Source of the DNA: Vibrio vulnificus CMCP6
GTDB lineage: Bacteria > Pseudomonadota > Gammaproteobacteria > Enterobacterales > Vibrionaceae
NCBI RefSeq assembly: GCF_000039765.1
Contig: NC_004460.2
Location: 600,001 to 632,000 of the forward strand
Reading direction: 5' to 3'
Length of the DNA: 32,000 nucleotides
The notes below the pieces were generated by a model. The model made no database searches. It saw nothing but the letters and a program-made list of their open reading frames with translations, and had not been told where the DNA came from. Of this stretch, positions 9,552-19,985 are shown piece by piece. The stretch's first letter is position 1; each line of letters starts with the position of its first letter. A program made the translations under genes and the position numbers.

Positions 9552-11941
9552 ATTCGCTATTTGGTCACTACCTACGCACCAGCCTTTCCCGTCGGTTTAT
9601 CACGTTCGTTCTTGCCTTTCTCATTTCAATTCAATTTGTTAGTTACGCATTGGTGCAAGTGACGGTAGATGCCCACATTCGCGAAGAGATACGAGAAACA
9701 CTCGAAGTTTCGAAGCGAGTATGGGATCAGTTATTGATTCAAGCCAGTTTCCGTTTACAAGAAAACGCCGACCTACTGGCGTCTGATTTTGGCTTTCGCA
9801 CTGCGGTAGCCACCCAAGATCAACAGACCATTACCTCAGCACTGCAAAATAACGCCGCCAGAGTGGATGCCTCTATTGCTGTGCTTATCGATCATCAATG
9901 GGCGTTGCAGGCGCTGTCTGAAGACGACATTTCCGAAGCCTCACGCAAAGAGCTCGTCACCGCGATTAAACAGTTTTCTACCGCTAGGCCATACCATCTC
10001 ATGATCTACAAAGGTAAGCCGACCCAGTTTGTCCTCGCGCCAATCAGAGCACCGCGCATTATTGGCTATGTGCTGTTTGGTTTTGAGATCACCCATCAGC
10101 GTATCAGCCTTGCAAGCCAATTGGCTGGCGTCGACATTGCGCTACTTTCATCCCTCAGTGATTCATCAAACATTTACGTGGTATCAAACGAAGCGCAAAT
10201 CAAAGCCTACTTCTCTTCCTTAGCCGAACTTCGCCCCACCGCGAGTTCAACTATGCAGGATCGAGCCATCGCCGACAGAGTCTTCGTTACCGAAACTCTG
10301 ACGGAAAAGCTGCCGAATCAGCATTGGATTTACGTTGTTTTCCTTGAATCTTTGGATGCAGCAAGCCTTCGCTTTGACAAGCTGGCGTCTCAATATTTAT
10401 GGGTATCTGGATTGGCGATTGTGCTCTTTACTCTTGCCGTTCTTGCCTTATCTCATCGCGTTATCCGCCCTTTAATCACACTCACCAAAGCAACCGAAGC
10501 GCTGGCCGACGGTAACTACACAGCAACGATTGAAGGTACACAGCGTCCTGATGAAATTGGTCAACTGACTCGGGGATTTGATCAAATGCGCGAACGCCTT
10601 CAGGAGCAAAAACAGACCATCACTCAACTCGCTTACTTCGATACTTTGACGCATCTTCCGAACCGGGAACACTTCCGACAACACTTGAAACAAGAGCTGG
10701 CCCATCCATCGCTCAAGTCAATTTCGGTCATCACCATCAACCTAGACCGCTTTAAGCACATCAACGATGTATTGGGTTACCATGTGGGCGATGCGGTGTT
10801 ACAAGAGATGGCGCAAAGACTCACGTTAACCTCGGAAAGCCTTACTCTTTTTGCCGCTCGAATCAGTGGTGACGAGTTTGTGGGTGAAATAAAAACCGGC
10901 AGTGATGAGCTGGCTGACAGTGTTACAAGGATCAAACAACGTCTTGATATCCCTTTCTATGTCAACGATACCCCAATTGATATCAGTGTCTCTATCGGAG
11001 TCGCCACTTGGCCAAGCGATGGCGGGGACGTTGATAGCTTACTTAACGCATCACAGATCGCCATGTACAGCGCCAAGCGCAAAAAAGAACAGGTTGTTTT
11101 CTACGACAGCGCCTTAGTCACCGCCATTCCCGAGAATCTGTCTCTGTTGTCAGAGTTGAGGCGGGCGTTATTACAAAATGAGTTACGCGTCTATCTTCAA
11201 CCCAAAGTCATGGCCACGACCAAAGTGGTGTCGTCGGCAGAGGCGCTGATTCGCTGGCAACATCCTGAAAGAGGCCTGCTTGCCCCCTTCTTCTTTGTCC
11301 CTTTTGCTGAACAAACGGGTTATGTAAGGGAACTGACACGCTGGATGATCCAACAAGTGATTCAGCATTGGCGCGAGTTACAGCCACTCTCCGGTCAACT
11401 GACTATTTCGGTCAATCTCTCGACATGGGATTTGATTAACCCACAGCTTCTCGATGATTTACAACACTGGCTCAGCGAATACCATGTCCCTGCCAGTGGC
11501 CTCTGTTTAGAAATCACAGAAAGCGCCATCATGGAGGATCCAGAAACATCAGAACTGACCTTGCTGCAGCTGTCTCAAATGGGCTTTCATCTCTCTATCG
11601 ATGACTTTGGTACCGGCTATTCTTCCCTTGGCTATCTACAGCGGCTACCCGTCAATGAATTGAAAGTCGACAAATCGTTTGTTCTAAACATGTTGGAAAA
11701 TCCAAACGATAAGGTGATCGTGAGTTCCACCATCCACCTTGCACACAGTCTAGGGTTACAGGTGGTGGCAGAAGGCGTCGAATCCTACGACCTATTTACA
11801 TCACTTAGAGAGCTAGGCTGTGATGAAATACAAGGCTATTGTGTAAGCAAACCAATAGCCTTGGAAGAATTTATTGCATGGCGAGAAGAGTGGATGCAAT
11901 CGAACCCATACACGGTGGAGAATATGCAGAAAAAAGGTTAG
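9548..11941 (+). CDS. Membrane GGDEF-EAL protein with periplasmic sensor and HAMP domain
   Basis: Start set at GTG 9548 (MNSLFGHYLRTSLSRRFITFV), overlapping the upstream stop by 4 nt, rather than 9440 in the track. HAMP after TM2 (RVIRPLITLTKATEALADGNY), SGDEF signature, AEALIRWQHPERG, ITESAIMED, DDFGTGYSSLGYL, VVAEGVE. Confidence 0.93.
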   Translation: MNSLFGHYLRTSLSRRFITFVLAFLISIQFVSYALVQVTVDAHIREEIRETLEVSKRVWDQLLIQASFRLQENADLLASDFGFRTAVATQDQQTITSALQNNAARVDASIAVLIDHQWALQALSEDDISEASRKELVTAIKQFSTARPYHLMIYKGKPTQFVLAPIRAPRIIGYVLFGFEITHQRISLASQLAGVDIALLSSLSDSSNIYVVSNEAQIKAYFSSLAELRPTASSTMQDRAIADRVFVTETLTEKLPNQHWIYVVFLESLDAASLRFDKLASQYLWVSGLAIVLFTLAVLALSHRVIRPLITLTKATEALADGNYTATIEGTQRPDEIGQLTRGFDQMRERLQEQKQTITQLAYFDTLTHLPNREHFRQHLKQELAHPSLKSISVITINLDRFKHINDVLGYHVGDAVLQEMAQRLTLTSESLTLFAARISGDEFVGEIKTGSDELADSVTRIKQRLDIPFYVNDTPIDISVSIGVATWPSDGGDVDSLLNASQIAMYSAKRKKEQVVFYDSALVTAIPENLSLLSELRRALLQNELRVYLQPKVMATTKVVSSAEALIRWQHPERGLLAPFFFVPFAEQTGYVRELTRWMIQQVIQHWRELQPLSGQLTISVNLSTWDLINPQLLDDLQHWLSEYHVPASGLCLEITESAIMEDPETSELTLLQLSQMGFHLSIDDFGTGYSSLGYLQRLPVNELKVDKSFVLNMLENPNDKVIVSSTIHLAHSLGLQVVAEGVESYDLFTSLRELGCDEIQGYCVSKPIALEEFIAWREEWMQSNPYTVENMQKKG

Positions 11942-11954
11942 AACCCGGCGAATC

Positions 11955-11977
11955 AAGCAGCGACGGGGGCTGCTTTT
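11955..11977. terminator. Terminator between converging GGDEF-EAL and chemoreceptor genes
   Basis: AAGCAGC ... GCTGCTTTT inverted repeat immediately after the stop codon. Confidence 0.6.
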
Positions 11978-11990
11978 ATCACCGCTGCAC

Positions 11991-13553
11991 CTATTTCTCT
12001 TCAAATCGATAGGCAAGCTGATAGAAATCGTCCACTCGAGACTTCAGCTTCTGGCTGTTTTCTTCCACTGAATAGGTCGCTGCAAGATTTTGTTCCGAAG
12101 TGGTCACAATCGAATGAATGTGTTGATTCACCTGACTGGAGAGCTGCATTTGATTATCCGCCGACGCTGCCACCGTCGCCATCAATTGGCTCATAGAGCG
12201 CATCATTTGCTCCACCTCCGATAATCGTTCAGCGCTGATTGCAGCGACTTCTGAACACGATTCCGTTTGCTGTTTATTCTCTAGAATGTCGTTTTGCCAA
12301 GATTGGATGGTTGCCAGCATGGTGTCGATACTGCTTCTAATTTGCAGTGTGGCATTTGACGTTCTGCCCGACAATGCACGAACTTCATCAGCGACCACCG
12401 CGAAACCTCGACCTTGCTCACCGGCCCTTGCGGCTTCAATCGCAGCGTTCAAAGCCAGTAAATTCGTTTGTTCCGCAATACCACCAATCTCCTCCATAAA
12501 CTGACTGACTTTCTGTGCCTGTTCGGATAACTGATACGTTGTTGCTGTCGCTTTTTCAGCCTGCAACATCAGCTGTTCTAAGTTCCGATGGGTTTGATCG
12601 ATACTTTGCTTTGCTGCAACACAGCGCTGAGTTGTTTCTTCGATTAGGCGATCAGCGTCTTGCGTGCTACTCACTACCGATTGAGCCGCCACCTCCATCG
12701 AGTCCGTCGCTTGTTGAACTTGGCGAATATCCGACGCCTGCTGACTCAACGCTTGCGACACTTCCTCTGTCGTCGCACTCAAATCATCTGCCAATTGCTG
12801 TAAAGGCCTAGCAGAATCCGTCATGCGCCCCAGAACTGTGCGAATGCGAGCAGACGCCATTTTTATATGAAAATCAGCAATAGAGAATTGATTTTTGCCG
12901 GAATAAATCAGACGACTCACACTATCAAATTTACTTTGTAGCGCCTTCAACTGCTGAGGTGTGTCAATTAACTCTTGCCTAAACAACAGTGCCAATGTTG
13001 TCAAAGGCATCCAGTTGGCCAAAGTAGAATACGTACCATCTAAACTCAGCATTTGCGCAAGCACCGGTGCCGAGATAGAACCCAGCAAGATCGCGTATCT
13101 AAGTGAATCATTCAGTTTGAGTGACCACTGCCGGCCATTTCGCTCCGCATCCAGTAAAGAGTGATAGGCTTTGGAAGCGATCTCTACCCATTCGCGTTTT
13201 GGCTTGACGCGCACTGATTGATAGCCAGACATCACCCCATTTTCATAAATGGGCGTCACATAGGCATCAACCCAGTAAAAACCACCTGACTTGGTTCGAT
13301 TTTTCACGATACCTCGCCAAGCTTTCCCTTGCTTTAGATTTTGCCACATATCGCCAAACGCCGCTTTGGGCATATCACTGTGACGCACAATATTGTGGTT
13401 TTCACCCAGCAGTTCTTGTTCACTGAATTCGGCGATTCGGCAAAATGCCTCGTTACAGTAGGTGATCACACCTTTTAAATCGGTCGTAGAAACGAGCTGT
13501 TCGTGCTCTTTTAAGAGGGTTTCATGAGCTGAATTAGAAATAAGTGCTGACAT
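11991..13553 (-). CDS. Aer-like methyl-accepting chemotaxis protein with N-terminal PAS domain
   Basis: PAS core [43 protein letters not shown] ... WRGIVKNR; hydrophobic anchor; MCP signalling hairpin [43 protein letters not shown]. Confidence 0.93.
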   Translation of the reverse strand: MSALISNSAHETLLKEHEQLVSTTDLKGVITYCNEAFCRIAEFSEQELLGENHNIVRHSDMPKAAFGDMWQNLKQGKAWRGIVKNRTKSGGFYWVDAYVTPIYENGVMSGYQSVRVKPKREWVEIASKAYHSLLDAERNGRQWSLKLNDSLRYAILLGSISAPVLAQMLSLDGTYSTLANWMPLTTLALLFRQELIDTPQQLKALQSKFDSVSRLIYSGKNQFSIADFHIKMASARIRTVLGRMTDSARPLQQLADDLSATTEEVSQALSQQASDIRQVQQATDSMEVAAQSVVSSTQDADRLIEETTQRCVAAKQSIDQTHRNLEQLMLQAEKATATTYQLSEQAQKVSQFMEEIGGIAEQTNLLALNAAIEAARAGEQGRGFAVVADEVRALSGRTSNATLQIRSSIDTMLATIQSWQNDILENKQQTESCSEVAAISAERLSEVEQMMRSMSQLMATVAASADNQMQLSSQVNQHIHSIVTTSEQNLAATYSVEENSQKLKSRVDDFYQLAYRFEEK

Positions 13554-13811
13554 TATAAACTTTTGTTATGAAGAGTAATTGTGGGCAGATATATACACAA
13601 TATTTCTCATTATTACAAAATGTTGATATCAAATTTTAAACTAACCAACACATTTCACACACATCCAGTTTCTTAATATCAATATGGTGTGAGCTAAAAT
13701 GAGAACAAAAGACATGAGTGAATTTAATATACAGAAGTTAGCCCCCTCTCGATGGCTCGCAAAAGCAGGACTCTTATCGCCCTTTTCATTACGCATCACA
13801 TTGAAAAAGAA

Positions 13812-13832
13812 AAGCCAGCGAATCGCTGGCTT
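13812..13832 (-). terminator. Rho-independent terminator after the DAHP synthase gene
   Basis: AAGCCAGCG / 3 nt / CGCTGGCTT; on the - strand it is followed by TTCTTTTTC. Confidence 0.85.
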
Positions 13833-13863
13833 ACTCAATAACACAATGGGTGGCTAAACAGGG

Positions 13864-14916
13864 CTATTTCGCTCGACGAGCTGCCACTGCATTTGCCAAT
13901 TGGCGAAGCACAGTTTCAGTATCTTCCCAACCGATGCAAGCGTCGGTAATCGACTGACCATAAGTCGCCGCTTTACCATCAACAAGATCTTGTCGACCTT
14001 CCACAAGATGTGATTCGATCATCACCCCAAAGATTGCCTCTTCACCGGCCGCTAGCTGCTCAGAGACATCGTCGGCCACCAACATTTGACGCTTATACTG
14101 CTTGGAGCTGTTGGCGTGGCTGAAGTCGATCATCACTTTTTGTGGTAAACCCGATGTAGCTAGCTCTTCTTTTACTGCTGAAACATGCGCTGCACTGTAG
14201 TTTGGCTCTTTACCACCACGCAAAATAATGTGGCAGTCTGGATTACCCGCGGTTTCAACGATAGCAGAATGGCCGTATTTCGTTACCGATAGGAAATGGT
14301 GAGAAGCACTTGCTGAGCGAATCGCATCACTTGCAATCTTAATGTTGCCATCCGTGCCATTTTTAAAACCAACCGGACAAGAAAGACCCGACGCCAGTTC
14401 ACGGTGAACCTGAGATTCCGTAGTACGTGCACCAATCGCACCCCAACTGATCAAATCAGCCACATACTGTGGTGTGATCATGTCAAGGAACTCACTCGCC
14501 GTTGGAAGACCCATATCGGTAAGATCCAACAACAGTTTTCGGCCCATGCGTAAACCATCATTCAACTTGTAGGTGTCGTTAAGGTACGGGTCATTAATCA
14601 AACCTTTCCAACCCACAGTGGTACGTGGCTTTTCAAAGTAAACGCGCATAACAATTTCGAGCTCACCTTTGAGCTCGTCACGCAACGTTTTCAAACGCTT
14701 GCCGTATTCAACCGCGGCCACAGGATCGTGGATAGAGCAAGGGCCGACAATAACCAGCAGGCGATCGTCCTTGCCGATGAGAATGTTGTGAATGTCGTTT
14801 CTCGATTGGAAAGTTGTCGAAGAAGCGGTTTCAGTCGCCGGGTACTTCTCTAAAACAGCTACTGGTGGAAGTAACTCTTTAACGTTATTAATTCTTACAT
14901 CATCTGTTTGGAACAT
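13864..14916 (-). CDS. aroG: 3-deoxy-7-phosphoheptulonate (DAHP) synthase, class I
   Basis: 350 aa; VIVGPCSIHDPVAAVEYGKRL, MRVYFEKPRTTVGWKGLINDP, GARTTESQVHRELASGLSCPVGFKNGTDG, MIDFSHANSSKQ. Confidence 0.95.
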   Translation of the reverse strand: MFQTDDVRINNVKELLPPVAVLEKYPATETASSTTFQSRNDIHNILIGKDDRLLVIVGPCSIHDPVAAVEYGKRLKTLRDELKGELEIVMRVYFEKPRTTVGWKGLINDPYLNDTYKLNDGLRMGRKLLLDLTDMGLPTASEFLDMITPQYVADLISWGAIGARTTESQVHRELASGLSCPVGFKNGTDGNIKIASDAIRSASASHHFLSVTKYGHSAIVETAGNPDCHIILRGGKEPNYSAAHVSAVKEELATSGLPQKVMIDFSHANSSKQYKRQMLVADDVSEQLAAGEEAIFGVMIESHLVEGRQDLVDGKAATYGQSITDACIGWEDTETVLRQLANAVAARRAK

Positions 14917-15338
14917 TGCTTCTTCCTATCACTATCTCTGGGCGAAAATTTTTAGGGATACGGCTACCGACCGCCCTTTCTTCTTGGTATAGGCAAGTAA
15001 CTTATCGGCAGAAAAACAATACCGCAAGCACTTTTTTTAAAAGAAGGCAAATTTTTAAAGAATTTTACGCTTTACACTTAATGTAAAAAAATAATTACAC
15101 AAAGCGAGGATTCTAAGCTCATGATCTCAAAACTAGGAAACAGCTCACAACCATTCACCTCACAAATGAGACTTTAGATGCATTTTTATGGCTAGGTATA
15201 TGTTACGAAACACTTTGTTACTAGAATGAAACAACTTGAATGCATATTACGTACAACTTATCGTCGCTAATCGCATTCAATGTGCTCATCTTGTGAGCAA
15301 AAGGAAATTATTCAGCCTGAGATCAGTAAGGAAAATAT

Positions 15339-16412
15339 ATGAAAAAATTAGCCGTCACCCTATCCGCGGTGCTCGCTAGCAGTGGTTTTTTCTCAGCAAC
15401 AGCGAACGCAGCATGGTCAGATCTCTATTTCGGAGGCAAAATTGGCTATGTAAACCTAGACGACGCTTGTTACGTAAGCTCTCCGTGTGACGACGATTCC
15501 GCAGGTTTTGGCCTTTATTACGGCTACAACTTCAGCAAACATATCTCTGCTGAGCTAGGAATCGACCTTCTTGGTGAACATGAAACAAACTTCTCTAACG
15601 GTTATTTCTCTGAAGCAAAACTGGCCGCTTACACACTGGCGCCTAAATTCAGCCTACCACTGAATGAAAAACTCGATGCTTTTGCCAAAATTGGTGCGGC
15701 GTACATGATCTATGGCGATGATAAAGACCTTGTTCCTACTGGCTCTTTGGGTCTTGAATACGCATTAACCGAAAGCTTTAAGGCGCGTGCAGAGTACCAG
15801 CGTTATCAAGATATGTCCGATGACATCGTGAAAGATATGGACGCGAATTTCTTTGGTATCGGTATTACCTATCTGTTTGGCGGTGCTAGCTCAGCAGCCA
15901 CTGCGGCGGCGGCTGCTAATGAAACGGCAGTAGAGCCAAGACCTGCTGAAGAAGTGAAGCAAGAAGAGCCAGTTGCTGAACCGATTCTTTTAGCTGAAGA
16001 GCCAAAACCTGAACCTAAACCAGAGTGGGTGACCAAATTCTCTAATCAGCAATACAACCAAGAGCTATTCGCGACAGGCAGCAGCAAATTGTCTGCTGGC
16101 GGTAAACAAGCGTTGACTCCATTGGCTGAAGTATTAATTAAATACCCAGATGCAGAAGCTGAAATTGTTGGTCATACCGATTCAACCGGCTCTGAAAAAG
16201 TGAACCAACGTATCTCTGAGCAGCGCGCTCAAGCGGTCGCGGATTACTTGGTCGAGCAAGGCGTGAAAGCAGAGCAGCTTAAGGTGCGTGGCGCAGGTGA
16301 ATCTCAACCTATCGCTTCAAACAAAACGGCTGAAGGCCGTGCTCAAAACCGTCGTGTAGAAGTGACTATTCCTAGCTTTGAGTACCAAGAGCTACAGCAA
16401 CCAGCACAGTAA
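15339..16412 (+). CDS. OmpA-family outer membrane protein
   Basis: Signal peptide, 8-strand OmpA-like barrel (WSDLYFGGKIGYVNLDDACY...), proline-rich linker, C-terminal peptidoglycan-binding domain EIVGHTDSTGSEKVNQRISEQRAQAVADYLVEQGV ... NRRVEVTI. Confidence 0.93.
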   Translation: MKKLAVTLSAVLASSGFFSATANAAWSDLYFGGKIGYVNLDDACYVSSPCDDDSAGFGLYYGYNFSKHISAELGIDLLGEHETNFSNGYFSEAKLAAYTLAPKFSLPLNEKLDAFAKIGAAYMIYGDDKDLVPTGSLGLEYALTESFKARAEYQRYQDMSDDIVKDMDANFFGIGITYLFGGASSAATAAAAANETAVEPRPAEEVKQEEPVAEPILLAEEPKPEPKPEWVTKFSNQQYNQELFATGSSKLSAGGKQALTPLAEVLIKYPDAEAEIVGHTDSTGSEKVNQRISEQRAQAVADYLVEQGVKAEQLKVRGAGESQPIASNKTAEGRAQNRRVEVTIPSFEYQELQQPAQ

Positions 16413-16429
16413 GCCTGTAACATCATGAC

Positions 16430-16454
16430 AAAAGGGAGCAAATTGCTCCCTTTT
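16430..16454. terminator. Bidirectional terminator between ompA-like gene and ctaB
   Basis: AAAAGGGAGC / AAATT / GCTCCCTTTT, perfect inverted repeat followed by T. Confidence 0.85.
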
Positions 16455-16527
16455 TGCCATCTTAGCAACCATCACATCGATTCTCAGCGTGCTTCTCCAT
16501 CACTAGACAAAGAAGATGAGTAGCGAC

Positions 16528-17427
16528 TTACAAGGCCAGTTGCTGATCAAGTAATAAAGCGCAAAACAGCAGCAACAAAAAGTAGATAGAGAAACGAAAC
16601 ATCTCGATCGCGGTGCGTTCTTCGGCTCGAAACTTGAGTTTTATTGCATACCGAACAAAACAGACATTCAGCACTAGGGCGCTGAATAAATAGAGATAAC
16701 TGGCCATTCCAACCAACACGGGCAGCATACAAACCAACGCCAGCAGAATGGCATAAAGAAGAATCGACGTTTTGGTGTATTCAACACCATGCGTGACTGG
16801 CAGCATGGGGATATTCACCTTGGCATAATCCTCTTTTCTGTGAATCGCCAACGCCCAAAAATGCGGAGGGGTCCAAATGAAAATGATCATCACCAATACC
16901 CATGCGTGAGGATGTAACTCACCCGTTATCGATGTCCAGCCTAATAAGGGCGGCATCGCGCCAGCAATACCTGCAATCACGATATTTTGAGGGGTTGCTC
17001 TTTTTAAATAGAGCGTATAAACCGCCGCATAGCCCAACAAACTGGCAAAGGTGAGATAGGCCGTGAGGCTGTTTACCCAGAGCATTAGCGATAGAAACCC
17101 TAACGAACCGATGAGAAGCGCAAACAACAGTACATTGAAAGGGCTGACATCCCCTTTAGGAAGCGGCCGACGATACGTTCTTGCCATTTTGGCATCGATT
17201 CTTCTATCAATCAGATGATTAAACGCCGCCGCCGATCCCGCCATGAGCGCAATGCCGACCAAAGCGATCAATGCCTGATGCCAAGTAAAGTGCTCATGAG
17301 GTGCCAAGCTCATACCAACCACCGACGTCAATAACATCAACGCGACCACTTTGGGCTTGGTGAGGGTCCAGTAAGTACTCCATGGAGAACGTAACTGCGA
17401 CTTGTCGACGGATAACGTTTTACTCAT
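16528..17427 (-). CDS. ctaB: Protoheme IX farnesyltransferase
   Basis: [62 protein letters not shown]; UbiA-type prenyltransferase motifs. Confidence 0.96.
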   Translation of the reverse strand: MSKTLSVDKSQLRSPWSTYWTLTKPKVVALMLLTSVVGMSLAPHEHFTWHQALIALVGIALMAGSAAAFNHLIDRRIDAKMARTYRRPLPKGDVSPFNVLLFALLIGSLGFLSLMLWVNSLTAYLTFASLLGYAAVYTLYLKRATPQNIVIAGIAGAMPPLLGWTSITGELHPHAWVLVMIIFIWTPPHFWALAIHRKEDYAKVNIPMLPVTHGVEYTKTSILLYAILLALVCMLPVLVGMASYLYLFSALVLNVCFVRYAIKLKFRAEERTAIEMFRFSIYFLLLLFCALLLDQQLAL

Positions 17428-18466
17428 ATTTAAACCCCTCGATATTGAGCTCTATACCTGGCTGTTCTTGCCAAAGCACGTAGCTGCTTACACTCACCAA
17501 CATAATCAGTAGTGCGGCACCCAGGTTGTGAGCTACCGCGACAGAGAGTGGTAACTGATAGAGAACATTACTGATGCCCAACCCCACCTGTGCCAGCAAA
17601 ACCAACCCAATCGCAATGGCCAGTTGCTGAACGATAGGTTCGCTTTGTTGATAGAGCCAAAAGCAGTAGGTCATAACACAGAAAAACGTGACCATGGCGC
17701 CGATACGATGCGTGACGTGAATGGTCATTCTGGCTGGATATTCCAAAACGCCAAACTCGTAGGTGTGGTGGCCTAAATTCCAAAAATCGAACGCGTTCTT
17801 CCAATCTAGGTAGCTTACCCAATCCCCTTCACAAATCGGCAGTTCACTGCACATTAGTGCCGCGTAATTGGATGACGTCCATCCACCTAAAAGGATTTGC
17901 AAAACCACCACAGCGATTACAAAAAATGAGAAAAACCGTAGCCTTGGATCGACAAACTGCCAATCCACCATAAATTCGGTTGGTTTGAGTTGGCAATAGA
18001 GTATCGCAAGCAACACAAACAGTAAGAAGCCGCCGAGCAAATGCGCCATCACCACCACTGGCATGAGTTTCATGGTCACCGTCCACATGCCTAGCAACGC
18101 CTGAGCGACAACCAACAATGAAAGCACAATCGGCACCACCTTCGGTGCTTTGGCTTTAAACAGACAGAGCAACGTAATGGCGAAAATGAGAATGCCTAAG
18201 CTACCTGCAAAGTAGCGATGAATCATTTCCAGCCACGCTTTGTTTGGCTCAACCAACATGCCGGGAAAATTAGCCTCCACGACGCTCAGTTCCGCCGCAG
18301 TATTCGGCACCGTGAGATGGCCATAGCAGCCTGGCCAGTCAGGGCATCCCAACCCCGCATCCGAAAGCCGCGTGTAAGCACCAAGTAGTATCACCACCGA
18401 GGTTAACACCAACGCAATTTGTACCATAATCCGATGAAGATTCATGGTTCCCTCCCCTTCAACCAA
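17420..18466 (-). CDS. ctaA: Heme A synthase (COX15/CtaA family)
   Basis: [69 protein letters not shown]. Overlaps ctaB. Confidence 0.95.
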   Translation of the reverse strand: MVEGEGTMNLHRIMVQIALVLTSVVILLGAYTRLSDAGLGCPDWPGCYGHLTVPNTAAELSVVEANFPGMLVEPNKAWLEMIHRYFAGSLGILIFAITLLCLFKAKAPKVVPIVLSLLVVAQALLGMWTVTMKLMPVVVMAHLLGGFLLFVLLAILYCQLKPTEFMVDWQFVDPRLRFFSFFVIAVVVLQILLGGWTSSNYAALMCSELPICEGDWVSYLDWKNAFDFWNLGHHTYEFGVLEYPARMTIHVTHRIGAMVTFFCVMTYCFWLYQQSEPIVQQLAIAIGLVLLAQVGLGISNVLYQLPLSVAVAHNLGAALLIMLVSVSSYVLWQEQPGIELNIEGFKYE

Positions 18467-18992
18467 CTCGCGAAAGTTTAAGCAGCTTCCTCAGATCTGA
18501 GAGTATTTCTTTATTTTGCTCTATGAGTGACTTGGTGGCGTTCAGTGGGTAGCGCATCACCAACTGACCTAGCGGATCGACGATCACCATATCCCCCGGT
18601 TTCAAAACGCTTTCAATCTGTTTTGTTATCACAACCTGCTCATATTTAAGATTAGTTGTTGTTGGAGAAAATGCCCAAACTACTGCTTCGACTCTCTCTT
18701 GATATTTGCCCAAAGCGAGATGATTTTGGCCTAAGAGATGCAGTTGCTGCTGGCAAAGTGCTTCACAAGACGTGGGCAGCAAGTACGCCAGTTGCCACCC
18801 TTTTCCATGAAATGGATTCACCTGCCCGAGACTTTGTAAGGTGGTATAGGGTTCTATCAACTCCCCTTTGTTTGAGACCCCGGATTGATACCAATGTTGT
18901 TCCAATACCACTTTCGCGACAATGGCGGGCAAAGCAAAGATAAGAACCAACAGTAGCAGAATGAAACGGCCTCTATTTTGTGTGGAAATCAT
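18459..18992 (-). CDS. Small membrane-anchored protein in the cytochrome oxidase cluster with a CxxxC motif (SCO/thioredoxin-like fold suspected)
   Basis: Likely start MISTQNRGRF at 18992; single N-terminal TM; motif TSCEALCQQQL and late VIVDPLGQLVMRYP; located between SURF1 and ctaA. Confidence 0.75.
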   Translation of the reverse strand: MISTQNRGRFILLLLVLIFALPAIVAKVVLEQHWYQSGVSNKGELIEPYTTLQSLGQVNPFHGKGWQLAYLLPTSCEALCQQQLHLLGQNHLALGKYQERVEAVVWAFSPTTTNLKYEQVVITKQIESVLKPGDMVIVDPLGQLVMRYPLNATKSLIEQNKEILSDLRKLLKLSRVG

Positions 18993-19800
18993 GCGACACC
19001 TCCTTGCGGCGAATGCGTAAGTAGCGAACAAAAATCATCGAAGAGATCAGCAATAACACCAACGCCATCGCAAACCACTGCATCGCATAGGCAAAATGCT
19101 TTTGACTCCCCATATTCAATGGCTGCCAAGGTTGAGGATAGGGCCAATGGGTGAGGTTATCAGGCTGAAACAATGTCGGTATGAGACTGACGTTGAGTTG
19201 CTTGCCGAGATCCGCTATCACCATGTTTTGCACTCGTATGGGATCACTCAGTTCTAAATGGAGTTGGTCACTCAATGGGTTAACGGATTTTTGATACAAC
19301 CGCCCGGTTAAAAACAGAGGTTCGCGAAAGCCTTGCACTTTGGGGAGAGATTGGCGTTGTAAACCACCGTCGACAAAACCGAGCTCCACCAGCAGATAAC
19401 TTCCCGGTTCATCCATCAATGCCATCACCTGATAAGCGAGATAACCCACTTTCCCGTTCCACGTTTGGTTGTCGAGCAGCACCATGGGCAACGCACTTGG
19501 CGCGACATTGGTTTCCACTCTCACTCCCGTCACCGAAAACGCGGCTGCGTGTTCCACATTGAGCACATCAAGTAAGGGCTGCGGCGCTTGCAAAGCACGC
19601 TGTTGTAACTCCATTTCAAGTTGCGATTTTTCCTCTGCACGCGAAAGCTGCCATAAACCCAGTTTGACCAACAGGGTAAATACGACCAAAGTTAACAATG
19701 CGGCGACAATGGCGCCGGGCGATCGGATCAACGCAGCTTTCGGAGTCACTATGCCGATATTTCTATTCAAATTGATACTGGTTCTTTTACTATTGTTCAT
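18973..19800 (-). CDS. SURF1-family cytochrome oxidase assembly protein
   Basis: Two TM segments at the ends; LGLWQLSRAEEKSQ, GYLAYQVMAL, VNLGFVDGG-like LVELGFVDGGL, NLGSQKHFAYAMQWFAMA. Start at MNNSKRTS (19800) or possibly the GTG at 19749; the track start 19869 is unlikely. Confidence 0.88.
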   Translation of the reverse strand: MNNSKRTSINLNRNIGIVTPKAALIRSPGAIVAALLTLVVFTLLVKLGLWQLSRAEEKSQLEMELQQRALQAPQPLLDVLNVEHAAAFSVTGVRVETNVAPSALPMVLLDNQTWNGKVGYLAYQVMALMDEPGSYLLVELGFVDGGLQRQSLPKVQGFREPLFLTGRLYQKSVNPLSDQLHLELSDPIRVQNMVIADLGKQLNVSLIPTLFQPDNLTHWPYPQPWQPLNMGSQKHFAYAMQWFAMALVLLLISSMIFVRYLRIRRKEVSHDFHTK

Positions 19801-19975
19801 TATTGCCAACTTGGGTTTAGCCCTATTCCATATGGTGCGTGCCGACTCTTCTCCCAATGGGAAATCCATGAGCCACTATTTGGGGCGCAGAGTGATGCTC
19901 TCTGCATTGGTGGTGCTGTTTCTGCTGATCGCGTTAACAACGGGTTGGGTAGAACCCAACCCAAGACCATACTAA
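19751..19975 (+). CDS. DUF2909-type twin transmembrane small protein
   Basis: 74 aa from ATG 19751: MPIFLFKLILVLLLLFIIANLGLALFHMVRADSSPNGKSMSHYLGRRVMLSALVVLFLLIALTTGW; two TM helices, same frame as track ORF 19469..19975, but on the strand opposite to the cta genes. Confidence 0.78.
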   Translation: MPIFLFKLILVLLLLFIIANLGLALFHMVRADSSPNGKSMSHYLGRRVMLSALVVLFLLIALTTGWVEPNPRPY

Positions 19976-19985
19976 ATTGATAGCA

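Noticed and set aside
13641-13844. 67-aa - strand ORF between the chemoreceptor and aroG
   Set aside because: Overlaps the aroG terminator hairpin (13812-13832); sequence has no domain and is probably intergenic noise.
14792-14992. + strand ORF over the aroG 5' region
   Set aside because: Mostly antisense to aroG with no convincing domain; I saw no leader peptide evidence.
17568-18086. - strand ORFs inside ctaA in another frame
   Set aside because: Fully contained in the strongly supported ctaA; low-complexity, cysteine-rich translations.
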